Positions 49,509 to 59,034 of a stretch of 64,000 nt of DNA are shown piece by piece. Position numbers and translations under genes: made by a program. The first letter of the stretch is position 1. Every line of letters starts with the position of its first letter. This DNA comes from a virus, in IMG/VR virus record IMGVR_UViG_3300005573_000071, positions 35,357-99,356 of that record; one strand, given 5' to 3'. Below the pieces are notes generated by a model. It ran no database searches. It was not told the origin of the DNA and saw nothing but the letters and a program-made list of their open reading frames with translations.

Positions 49509-50781
49509 GAACTTTGCAGTACTAAAAGAGCATACTAAAGAGGAATGGACACAGATTAGGTCTCTTCTCTCTTATAAAACTCAAACGTTTATAAGAGGAA
49601 GATGGACTGCTATTCCTCACTACTTGATTCACGGTAAGACGAAAGTCTTTCCTACAGGCCTACTGCACATCATAACAAGTAAGTTCAAAGTAGAGATAGC
49701 CGATCTTCGTCCTAAACGCATACCAATTACTCTACCCGAAAATATTCCTCTCGATACATACCAGAAACAGATAATGCGTGATGCCTTACGCTATCAACGT
49801 GCTATCGTTAATGTACCTACAGGTGCTGGTAAGACGTATACATTCTCAACGTTTGCGGCATATATTGATAGACCAACTATCATAATCACTCCTACTCAAG
49901 AGATACTTAGTCAAGTTGTTGAGCATATTACAAAATACACAACAGACATACGAGTTATGTGGAACACATCTCACACTACTTTTGATAAACGTATAATAGT
50001 AACAACAAGTGGCACACTGAACTCTCGATTCGACTTCCTCAAAGAAGAAGGCAAAAAGATAGAAGTAATGATTAGTGATGAAGCTCATTTCTACGGAGCC
50101 GATTCGTTCTTCAGAATAAGCCATCTGTTTCCGAATGCCTGGATTCGTTTAGGCTTCAGCGGTACACCAATAGGTCGTTCTGATAATGCAGACTTAAGAA
50201 CACTAAGTGTGTTCTCTCCCCATATCGTAACCTATCAAGGAGAAATAGAAAGAATAGTACCCGTAAAAGTTTTTCTAGTAGATTACTGTAGCAACGCAAG
50301 ATGGAGTGATCCCGAAGATTACGAACAACTACTGGAAGACGTAGAGCGTCAAGAAGCGATTGTGGAGCTAATAAATATCCTCAGGAAAGAAAAGTTGACA
50401 CCTTATCTCGTATTTGTTGATAGAATCAAATACGGAGAAACACTTTCAGAAAAGCTTTCGATTCCGCTCATTACATCTACCTCACTCGAGCGAGACACAA
50501 TCTTCGACGATCTCAGAAACGAAAAGTTAGAAGGTATCGTAACTACAATTGGATGGATAGGTTTAGACATACCTAATCTGAAAGCAGTAGTGAATACTTC
50601 ACGAGAGACTACGTCTATTAGTCTAGGACAAAAAGCTGGCCGTGTCAGACGTAAAATGGGAAAGGATGTAGGCATCGTATTCGACTTTCTAGATCGTGGA
50701 AGACTACCAAGTAGATGGGCCCGTAAGAGGCGAAAGACATACGAAAGCTTAGGATTCGAAGTAATACAAACAAAACTTTAA
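49486..50781 (+). CDS. superfamily 2 helicase (UvsW-like)
   Basis: YQ, PTGAGKT, DEAH, SGTP, GLDIP, QKAGRVRR. Confidence 0.92.
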   Translation: MKIEVRDENFAVLKEHTKEEWTQIRSLLSYKTQTFIRGRWTAIPHYLIHGKTKVFPTGLLHIITSKFKVEIADLRPKRIPITLPENIPLDTYQKQIMRDALRYQRAIVNVPTGAGKTYTFSTFAAYIDRPTIIITPTQEILSQVVEHITKYTTDIRVMWNTSHTTFDKRIIVTTSGTLNSRFDFLKEEGKKIEVMISDEAHFYGADSFFRISHLFPNAWIRLGFSGTPIGRSDNADLRTLSVFSPHIVTYQGEIERIVPVKVFLVDYCSNARWSDPEDYEQLLEDVERQEAIVELINILRKEKLTPYLVFVDRIKYGETLSEKLSIPLITSTSLERDTIFDDLRNEKLEGIVTTIGWIGLDIPNLKAVVNTSRETTSISLGQKAGRVRRKMGKDVGIVFDFLDRGRLPSRWARKRRKTYESLGFEVIQTKL

Positions 50782-50797
50782 AGTAAAAAGGAGGGAT

Positions 50798-51724
50798 TTG
50801 ATGGAAGAGCAAAAACAGACCACAGAGCTCACAGAGCTAACAAACATTACTAAAAATATTTTCAATGCACTCGCTAAAGACGAGCAACTTGTATCATCTC
50901 TGCCCGTTGAACTTAATCAGAAACTGGTGGAGGTCACAGATATAATTTCTCAGAATAAAACACTGCCACAACTATACGGAGACATACTTACAGAAATTCC
51001 AGTATCTCAATCATTGTTTCAAGATGTATGCGTACAATACGAAATCCACTTCACACCACACCGCAAACTGAGACAGGCTATGTTAGAACTAGACGGTAGA
51101 CTGAGAGCACTCTATGCCGCAAAAGATGGACACGCAGAAGCATATTATAAAGTAGAGCAGACGAAATTGAGACTCGAAGAGCTCGAGAACGAGCTCGCAT
51201 CCGTAACAGATGACTTTGAGAGACGGAGACTAGAACTTCGAATAGGTAAGTTAAGATACGAACTCGAAAAGAAGCAAAGAGACCTTGAGAACGCAATTCA
51301 CTTAGTAAAAGATGCAATGTTGAAAGTAGCGATGCATCAAACACTAATAGACCGTCTTAAGAAAGAAGTAGAAGAAAGCGGTCTGAGCTTTGAAGAAGCT
51401 GAAATGGTATACTTTGTAATGTATTTCACAAAGGATGCAGAAGTACAGCTCCGTACGATGGGTAGAGTAGATACAGGAACGTTTGGTGCTATAGCACAAT
51501 TACCCGAGGGCATACGAAAGAAGGTATTATGGAACATCGAATTCATAAGAAAGAAGCTCCAAGAAGAAAACTACAACGGAGATTATCTACATATCGTCTA
51601 CAGAGACATCTTATTACCAAAGAAGACTGGAGAGAACGAGATAGAAGGATGCAACGTCAAAGAGTTCACCGGTCTAGAGCCCATTAAAGTACTAGCTAAA
51701 AGCGACGGACAGACACCAGAATAG
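50798..51724 (+). CDS. conserved coiled-coil phage protein
   Basis: TPHRKLRQAMLEL followed by long heptads. Confidence 0.75.
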   Translation: MMEEQKQTTELTELTNITKNIFNALAKDEQLVSSLPVELNQKLVEVTDIISQNKTLPQLYGDILTEIPVSQSLFQDVCVQYEIHFTPHRKLRQAMLELDGRLRALYAAKDGHAEAYYKVEQTKLRLEELENELASVTDDFERRRLELRIGKLRYELEKKQRDLENAIHLVKDAMLKVAMHQTLIDRLKKEVEESGLSFEEAEMVYFVMYFTKDAEVQLRTMGRVDTGTFGAIAQLPEGIRKKVLWNIEFIRKKLQEENYNGDYLHIVYRDILLPKKTGENEIEGCNVKEFTGLEPIKVLAKSDGQTPE

Positions 51725-51820
51725 TAGAAGAGTACGAAATGTTTTAGTTATAAGAGTGCCGAATGTTTAGCTATCAACTAAGCATTCGGCACAAATCTTT
51801 GAAAAAGGAGGATCCTATCA

Positions 51821-52153
51821 ATGACTTCAAATGACAAACAGCCACAAGAAAAATCCTTAAGAGATAATATATACGTAATCTTATATGATATCGTTGACGA
51901 TGAAGTGACACTAAGAATCGTTCGTATGAAGGATGATGTTAATCCTAACACTTACATACTAGAACCAAATATTGGCAGTACAGACTTGAAATACTACGAT
52001 CCTGTAGCTATTGAGTCAGCGATCGAAGAAGAAGTTGCACTTATTAGTTTAGGTCCAAACAAAAAGGATATTAGTGTTAGAGTATACTCCGACTACAATC
52101 TTCTTCTTAAGAAGGAACTAACTGTCACATGGGAAGAAAAAGACGTCAACTAA
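51821..52153 (+). CDS. hypothetical protein
   Basis: AGGAGG RBS, 110 aa. Confidence 0.6.
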   Translation: MTSNDKQPQEKSLRDNIYVILYDIVDDEVTLRIVRMKDDVNPNTYILEPNIGSTDLKYYDPVAIESAIEEEVALISLGPNKKDISVRVYSDYNLLLKKELTVTWEEKDVN

Positions 52154-52527
52154 CTCTATCGGATATAATTATAATACTTCTTTGTATAACCGCCACTCTT
52201 ACTATCGTCTCGTATGCTACGACTCCGGCTATCTCATTCTTCTCACAATTACATACAATCGAAACACGCTATGTCAAAGTTACGATACAAGACTCAGGAT
52301 ATCATCTTCTTACAGAGCAACCAATATTCGATATGCCTGTTCGTATAGAAACTAGAGACGGAATGACATATCCCGGAATAATAACTATCAATTGTAGTAA
52401 GCGAACATACACTATACATTCTTACTATATCAATACGACTACAAAATTACCTCGGGGAAGATTACAAGACTTCCTCGAGGACTATTGTATACGATTTCCG
52501 TCTTCGTATAGACATGTTATAAGATAA
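52129..52527 (+). CDS. membrane-anchored protein related to the 48.2-49.1 kb lipoproteins
   Basis: N-terminal TM; ITINC...L..YC Cys pattern. Confidence 0.55.
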   Translation: MGRKRRQLTLSDIIIILLCITATLTIVSYATTPAISFFSQLHTIETRYVKVTIQDSGYHLLTEQPIFDMPVRIETRDGMTYPGIITINCSKRTYTIHSYYINTTTKLPRGRLQDFLEDYCIRFPSSYRHVIR

Positions 52528-52541
52528 ATGGAGGTATATTA

Positions 52542-53474
52542 ATGCGAATGTCCGATGAAGAATTCGTACATAGATATCATAAAGCTTTGGAATTACACCT
52601 ACGGGGTTATACATTAGCGGGTGCTATACGGAGATTCGAACTACCTACAAATTGGAGGACACGAGCTAAGAAACTAGGCCTTCCGGGCAAGTTACTTGAA
52701 CTCGCATTGGGATTCGAATACCCCGACTTCGAAACGAAGTGGCAGAATCTCATAGACGAGTTCTTAAGCTACGAAACATGTTATTCGCGGCCTAGCGTAC
52801 ATGCTCTCTTTGTAAAACATTTCCCTGACTATCCGTTTTCATTCGAAGTCGCAAGTCAGTATGCAAAGTACTTAAATCTTCCAATGCCGTCTCAATTAAT
52901 CAAACAACGAAAGGAGAGTAAGAAGATGATACCTCTTAAAGAACTATACGAACGAAAACCGGAAGTTCGAGCAATCGCGGAAAGCGTAATTGAAAATAGA
53001 TTAGAGAAGTACATACTCCGCTATCTCTTTACGAGAGAACCAAAAACATTAGAAAGATATTTTCCATCCGGGTGGACTTATATTTCGAAAGAAGGTAAGC
53101 CGTACATAAGACTTACGATCTGTCAGAATACGCAACCAGTGACTGAGTTAGTTAAAAGCAACATAGAGCAGCTATTCGCAAAATCGAAGGTAAGCGTTCC
53201 TAACATCGATGTACTATGGAAGTCACCTAATCTCTACGTAGACATTGAACTTCAGTCAACAATGTTCATTCTTTTAGCAACAAGTGATATTCTTGATACA
53301 TACGAATTAGATCCTACGATAGCTTCACAGATTCTCAATACCGACGACGAGAACGATCTTGCTGATCTACTATACGACGAAATCGATGATGATACGCTCA
53401 TAGAACACCTTCGACTAAGAAAAGTATACCAACAAATATTCTCAGATCTTGCAACATCACTAACTACAAGTTGA
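52542..53474 (+). CDS. hypothetical protein, possible N-terminal HTH
   Basis: GGAGGT RBS; ALELHLRGYTLAGAIRRF. Confidence 0.65.
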   Translation: MRMSDEEFVHRYHKALELHLRGYTLAGAIRRFELPTNWRTRAKKLGLPGKLLELALGFEYPDFETKWQNLIDEFLSYETCYSRPSVHALFVKHFPDYPFSFEVASQYAKYLNLPMPSQLIKQRKESKKMIPLKELYERKPEVRAIAESVIENRLEKYILRYLFTREPKTLERYFPSGWTYISKEGKPYIRLTICQNTQPVTELVKSNIEQLFAKSKVSVPNIDVLWKSPNLYVDIELQSTMFILLATSDILDTYELDPTIASQILNTDDENDLADLLYDEIDDDTLIEHLRLRKVYQQIFSDLATSLTTS

Positions 53475-53519
53475 CGAAAAAGAGCATACAAAAATCCCTA
53501 AAAAAATGGAGGGCGTATA

Positions 53520-53888
53520 ATGTATACAGACTCAAATTCAACAACACAACGATATGGGTCTGGATCTAACTATGGTTGAGGTTGGAATGGCGGTTATAGA
53601 GGCTTTTACAGTATCTCTACTATAGACCGTTTCCAATTTCCATTCGATAGTGGAACTGCAAATAAAGTTGGTAATTTAAGTGGAAATAGACGTTTCTCAA
53701 GTGCTAACAATAGCAGTACATACGGTTATGTATGCGGAGGTGAAGATTCCAACTACTATCTCTCTACCATAGACCACGTCCAATTTCCATTTGATAATGG
53801 TACAACAAATCTGGTAGGCAACTTAAGCGAAGATAGAGCGTTATTAGGTGCTACAGATGGCGTAGACTTCGTAACAATGTTTGTGTAA
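53520..53888 (+). pseudogene. Kelch-like propeller family member, 2 blades, inactivated
   Basis: ATG 53520 with RBS; a 9-nt deletion in GYVCGG creates in-frame TGA at 53577-53579; frame otherwise intact to ...DFVTMFV. Confidence 0.85.
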
Positions 53889-53949
53889 TTGTAACTAATA
53901 AGATAATAAACAAAACACAAAAACGTACAAAAAATCTCCAAAATGAGGA

Positions 53950-54885
53950 GTGTATATGTGTACAAACTCAAATCTAACGACACAGCGATATGGACCTGGA
54001 TCAAATTATGGTTATGTATGTGGAGGATCACGTAGTAGTAACTATTTCTCTACCATAGATCGCTTCCAGTTTCCATTTGATAGTGGTACAACAAATCAGG
54101 TGGGCAATCTGAGTGGAAGTAGAAAAGAGTCAAGTGCTAATAATAGTAGTACATACGGTTATGTATGCGGAGGATATAGTAGTCAAATCCTCTCAGTCAT
54201 AAACCGCTTTCAGTTTCCATTTGATAGCGGTACTGCAAACCACGTAGGTAATTTGTGTAGGAACAGAAAACAACTATGCGCCAATAATAGCAGTACACAT
54301 GGTTATGTATGTGGTGGAACAGAAATCTTCTGGATTTCTACTATAGATCGCTTTCAATTTCCGTTTGATGAAGGTACAGCAAATCTGATAGGCAATTTGA
54401 GTAGACGTAGAAGTTGGTCGAGTGCTAACAATAGTAGTACATACGGTTATGTATGTGGTAGTTGGTATAGCATCTTAGACCGTTTCCAATTTCCATTCGA
54501 TAATGGCTCAGTAAGTCAGGTAGGCAATTTAAGTGAGGATAGAACAGGCTTAAGTACTAACAATAGTAGTACGTACGGATATGTATGTGGTGGGCATAGT
54601 AGTAATGGCATTCTTTCTGCCATAGATCGCTTTCAGTTTCCATTTGATAGTGGTACAGCAAATCAAGTGGGTAATTTGAGTGGAAGTAGAACGTTATTAA
54701 GTGCTAATAATAGTAGCACACACGGTTACGTATGTGGTGGATGGATTGGTGATCCTCTCTCCATTATAGACTGCTTTCAATTTCCATTCGATAGTGGTAC
54801 AGCAAGTCAGATAGGCAATTTGAGTGGAAGTAGAAACGACTTGAGTGCTATAGATGGTGTAGACTTCGTGACAATGTTTGTATGA
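53950..54885 (+). CDS. Kelch-like beta-propeller, 6 blades
   Basis: Six GYVCGG-(variable)-STIDRFQFPFD-GNLS..R..SANNSST repeats. Confidence 0.9.
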   Translation: MYMCTNSNLTTQRYGPGSNYGYVCGGSRSSNYFSTIDRFQFPFDSGTTNQVGNLSGSRKESSANNSSTYGYVCGGYSSQILSVINRFQFPFDSGTANHVGNLCRNRKQLCANNSSTHGYVCGGTEIFWISTIDRFQFPFDEGTANLIGNLSRRRSWSSANNSSTYGYVCGSWYSILDRFQFPFDNGSVSQVGNLSEDRTGLSTNNSSTYGYVCGGHSSNGILSAIDRFQFPFDSGTANQVGNLSGSRTLLSANNSSTHGYVCGGWIGDPLSIIDCFQFPFDSGTASQIGNLSGSRNDLSAIDGVDFVTMFV

Positions 54886-54929
54886 ATAAGAGACAACAAA
54901 TTAAGTCTCTAAAAATAGAGAGGTGTATA

Positions 54930-55922
54930 ATGTATATAGCAGATGCAAATTCAACAACACAACAATATGGACCAGGATCAAATTATGGTTATGTATGCGG
55001 AGGATATAGTGGAGACGGAAATAAAGCATCTTGGTACTCTATTATAGACCGTTTCCAATTTCCGTTTGATAGTGGTACTGCAAATAAAGTTGGTAACTTA
55101 AGTAGACGCAGACGTGGCTCAAGCGCTAATAATAGTAGTACGTACGGGTATGTATATGGTGGAGACAGTGGATATAATGATACTACGGTTTCTACTATAG
55201 ACCGCTTTCAGTTTCCATTTGATAGCGGTACTGCAAATAAAGTTGGTAATTTAAGCAAACGTAGGAGTGCATCAGCCGCCAATAATAGTAGCACGTACGG
55301 TTACGTATGTGGCGGTGATTACGGATACTACAATAACTATCTCTTTATCATAGACCGCTTCCAATTTTCATTCGATAGTGGAACTACAAATCAAGTAGGC
55401 AACCTAAGTGGAAGTAGAAGTGACTTGAGTGCTAACAATAGTAGCACATACGGTTATGTATGCGGAGGATTTAGGGGTGGATACCAAATCGTAGACGTGT
55501 ACTCCACTATAGACCGCTTCCAATTTCCATTCGATAGTGGTACTGCAAATCAAGTAGGTAATTTGAGCGTAAGTAGAGAATGGTTAAGTGCTAACAACAG
55601 TAGCACACACAGCTATGTATGTGGTGGGTATAATCATTATAATGGCACTCTCTCTACTATAGATCGCTTTCAGTTTCCTTTTGATAGTGGCACTGCAAAT
55701 CATGTAGGTAATTTGAGTAGGAATAACAGTTGCTCAAGTGCTAACAATAGTAGCGTATATGGTTATGTATGTGGTGGTGGAAGTGATGATTTCAGTTCTA
55801 CTATAGACCGCTTCCAGTTTCCGTTTGATAGTAGCATTACAAGTTATGTAGGTAATTTAAGTGGAAGTAGGGATGCATTAAGCGCTGTAGATGGTGTAGA
55901 CTTTGTAACGATGTTTGTATGA
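54930..55922 (+). CDS. Kelch-like beta-propeller, 6 blades
   Basis: Six repeats; start at ATG 54930 after GAGGTG, by homology to paralogs. Confidence 0.9.
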   Translation: MYIADANSTTQQYGPGSNYGYVCGGYSGDGNKASWYSIIDRFQFPFDSGTANKVGNLSRRRRGSSANNSSTYGYVYGGDSGYNDTTVSTIDRFQFPFDSGTANKVGNLSKRRSASAANNSSTYGYVCGGDYGYYNNYLFIIDRFQFSFDSGTTNQVGNLSGSRSDLSANNSSTYGYVCGGFRGGYQIVDVYSTIDRFQFPFDSGTANQVGNLSVSREWLSANNSSTHSYVCGGYNHYNGTLSTIDRFQFPFDSGTANHVGNLSRNNSCSSANNSSVYGYVCGGGSDDFSSTIDRFQFPFDSSITSYVGNLSGSRDALSAVDGVDFVTMFV

Positions 55923-55958
55923 ATAATAAGAGACAATATTTACTAAGTATCTAAAAAA

Positions 55959-56471
55959 ATGTATATGTATACAGAATCGACAGCACAACGATACGGTCCG
56001 GGGTCTAACTATGGTTACGTATATGGCGGATGGGATAGCTCTCACATTTTCTCTACCATAGACCGCTTCCAATTCCCATTTGATAGTGGTACGGCAAGTC
56101 ATGTAGGTAATTTGAGTGGAAGCAGAGAATGGCTAAGTGCTAACAATAGTAGCACATACGGTTATGTATGTGGAGGAACTTCAGTCTTCTCATGGATCTC
56201 TACCATAGACCGCTTCCAATTTCCATTTGATGATGGTACTACAAATCGGGTAGGCAATTTGAGTGAAAGTAGAAGCGATTTGAGTGCTAATAATAGTAGC
56301 ACATACGGTTATGTATGCGGAGGATGGAATAAGAGTGACAATTTCTCTATTATAGATCGCGTTCAATTTCCATTCGATGGTGGTACTACAAACTACGTAG
56401 GTGATTTGAGTGGAAGAAGAAGTGCGCTGAGTGCTACAGATGGCGTAGACTTCGTAACAATGTTTGTGTAA
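55959..56471 (+). CDS. Kelch-like propeller family member, 3 blades
   Basis: Three repeats with both caps. Confidence 0.88.
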   Translation: MYMYTESTAQRYGPGSNYGYVYGGWDSSHIFSTIDRFQFPFDSGTASHVGNLSGSREWLSANNSSTYGYVCGGTSVFSWISTIDRFQFPFDDGTTNRVGNLSESRSDLSANNSSTYGYVCGGWNKSDNFSIIDRVQFPFDGGTTNYVGDLSGRRSALSATDGVDFVTMFV

Positions 56472-56534
56472 TTGTAAGCTAACAAAACAACAAACAAAAA
56501 ACGTACAAAAAATCTCCAAAATGGAGGGCGTAAT

Positions 56535-57533
56535 ATGCAAAATCCAACAACACAACAATATGGACCAGGATCTAATTATGGTTATGTATGTGGCGGATCA
56601 CGCGGATATAGTTCTTACTCTACTATAGACCGCTTCCAATTTTCATTCGATAGTGGTACTGCGAATAAAGTTGGCAACTTAAGTAGACGTAGATATGACT
56701 CAAGTGCTAACAATAGTAGTACGTACGGATATGTATGCGGAGGAATTGCAGTCACACGAACTTTCGTCTTATGGACCTCAGCCTCATGGACCTCTATCAT
56801 AGACCGCTTTCAGTTTCCATTTGATGAGGGTACAACAAATTATGTAGGCAATTTGTGTAGACTTAGATGCTGGTCGGGAGCTAATAATAGTAGCACACAC
56901 GGATATGTAAGCGGAGGATATAATAGTAACTACTATCTCGCTACTATAGACCGCTTCCAGTTTTCGTTTGATAGTGGTACTGCAAATCAAATAGGTAATT
57001 TAAGTGGAAGTAGAGAACGGGTTAGTGCCAACAATAGTAGTACACATGGTTATGTATGCGGAGGATATAGTCGTAACAATCTCTCTACTATAGACAGATT
57101 CCAGTTTCCATTCGATAGTGGTACTGCAGATTTTGTGTGTAAGTTAAGTAGAAGTAGAGAGAGCTTAAGTGCTAACAATAGTAGTACGTACGGTTATGTA
57201 TACGGCGGATGGAGTGTAAGCTGTGGTCACGTCCCTATCATAGACCGCTTCCAATTTCTATTCGATGATGGTGTTGCAAGTCAGGTAGGTGATTTGAGTG
57301 GGAGTAGAAGCTGGTCGGGCGCTAATAATAGTAGCACACACGGATATGTATGCGGAGGATATTATAGTTTCCAGATGCATCAGGGTAGTCTCGACTGCTA
57401 CCACTACTCTACTATAGATCGCGTCCAATTCCCATTCGATGGTGGTACTGCAAATTATGTAGGCAATTTGAGTGGAAAAAGAAGTGCGCTGAGTGCTACA
57501 GATGGCGTAGACTTCGTAACAATGTTTGTGTAA
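56535..57533 (+). CDS. Kelch-like beta-propeller, 6 blades
   Basis: Six repeats, two with 16-aa loops. Confidence 0.9.
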   Translation: MQNPTTQQYGPGSNYGYVCGGSRGYSSYSTIDRFQFSFDSGTANKVGNLSRRRYDSSANNSSTYGYVCGGIAVTRTFVLWTSASWTSIIDRFQFPFDEGTTNYVGNLCRLRCWSGANNSSTHGYVSGGYNSNYYLATIDRFQFSFDSGTANQIGNLSGSRERVSANNSSTHGYVCGGYSRNNLSTIDRFQFPFDSGTADFVCKLSRSRESLSANNSSTYGYVYGGWSVSCGHVPIIDRFQFLFDDGVASQVGDLSGSRSWSGANNSSTHGYVCGGYYSFQMHQGSLDCYHYSTIDRVQFPFDGGTANYVGNLSGKRSALSATDGVDFVTMFV

Positions 57534-57595
57534 TTGTAAAGCTAATAAAACAATAAACAAAACGTATAAGAATCTCTAAAATGGAGAGCGTAATA

Positions 57596-58547
57596 ATGTA
57601 TACAGACTCAAATTCAACAGCACAACGATATGGACCAGGATCTAACTATGGTTACGCATGTGGAGGTTGGGATAGCTATAACCGTCTCTCTACTATAGAC
57701 CGCTTTCAGTTTCCATTCGATAACGGTACCACAAATCAAGTAGGTAATTTGAGGGAGAGTAGATTTGCTTCAAGTGCTAACAATAGTAGTACATACGGAT
57801 ATATATATATGTGGTGGTAGTCGTATCTCTACTATAGATCGCTTCCAGTTTCCGTTCGATAGTGGTACCACAAATCAGGTAGGCAATCTGAGCGAAGATA
57901 GAAACAGACTATGTGCCAACAATAGTAGCACACGCGGATATGTATACGGAGGATGGAATAGCGGTTATAGCAGTCATAACGATCTCTCTATCATAGACCG
58001 CTTTCTGTTTCCATTCGATAGTGGTACTGCAAAACATATAGGCAATCTGAGCGAAAACAAAAGCAGACTATGTGCTAACAACAGTAGCACACACGGATAT
58101 GTATGTGGCAGTGGTAGTTGCAACTCTACCATAGACCGCTTCCAGTTTCCATTTGATGATGGTACAGCAAATTATGTAGGTAACTTGAGTGGAAGCAGAG
58201 GTTGGCTAAGTGCTAACAACAGTAGTACATATGGTTACGTATGTGGTGGAATTGATAGTAGTTATTACCCCTCCTCTACTATAGACCGCTTTCAGTTTCC
58301 TTTTGATAGTGGTACAGCAAATCAAGTAGGTAATTTGAGTGGACGTAGAGCGTTCCTGAGTGCCAATAATAGTAGCATACACGGATATGTATGCAGCGGA
58401 TGGAATAAGAGTGATAATCTCTCTACTATAGACCGCTTTCAGTTTCCATTCGATAGTGGAACTACAAATCAAGTGGGCAACTTAAGTGGAAGTAGAAGCG
58501 ACTTGAGTGCTATAGATGGTGTAGACTTTGCGACAATGTTTGTGTAA
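57596..58547 (+). pseudogene. Kelch-like beta-propeller, 6 blades, frameshifted at an (AT)6 tract
   Basis: ORFs 57581-57820 and 57765-58547 join if (AT)6 at 57799-57810 becomes (AT)4 or (AT)7. Confidence 0.85.
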
Positions 58548-58593
58548 CAATTCTGATCTTTTAGAAACTATCCGTATACACTCAATAAAATAC

Positions 58594-58634
58594 TAGTGAA
58601 GAGCATATCCAACCGTTAGATGTGCTCTTCACTA
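58594..58634 (+). promoter_or_regulatory. stem-loop closing the propeller array
   Basis: TAGTGAAGAGCA/TGCTCTTCACTA inverted repeat; no U-tract on +. Confidence 0.6.
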
Positions 58635-58656
58635 AAGAAAAAGTAAGAGGAACAAT

Positions 58657-59034
58657 ATGAAACCCGGATTGGAAGCATTAAAACGGACTATAATAATTCT
58701 ATCTTTGTTGGGAGTACTTCTACAAGCAGCTTCAGACGAGCCTTCACAAATACGAATAGCGGATATCGTTTGGCTCTTGATCATAGGAACTATAAATGTA
58801 ATAGACATCGTCCGTCCACATCACTTAACTATCTTCGAGAAAGGCGTACGAATCGTGATAATGGCGCTCACTAACTTCATCTTGATAAGAATGATTGAAG
58901 GAGTCATTCCTTTTGAGCTACTTGAGTTCGTCTACTGTCTACTCGTAATGTATGTTTTCATTGCAGATGTATTCTACTGGAAACAATTTTATACTCTAAC
59001 TACGGAGGAGGACAGCAAAAATGAAAATAAATGA
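58657..59034 (+). CDS. four-TM membrane protein
   Basis: Four hydrophobic segments. Confidence 0.65.
   Translation: MKPGLEALKRTIIILSLLGVLLQAASDEPSQIRIADIVWLLIIGTINVIDIVRPHHLTIFEKGVRIVIMALTNFILIRMIEGVIPFELLEFVYCLLVMYVFIADVFYWKQFYTLTTEEDSKNENK

Noticed and set aside
53577-53579. TGA recoding (selenocysteine or alternative genetic code)
   Set aside because: The TGA is explained by a 9-nt deletion; TGA, TAG and TAA all end genes normally elsewhere
53520-58547. Diversity-generating retroelement (template/variable repeat)
   Set aside because: No reverse transcriptase in the window, and variation includes large length changes and non-adenine substitutions; an RT elsewhere in the genome cannot be excluded
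53520-58547. CRISPR array (constant repeats with unique spacers)
   Set aside because: Repeats are about 100+ bp, carry synonymous changes and keep reading frame, so they are protein-coding; the only Cas-like gene is a standalone PD-(D/E)XK nuclease
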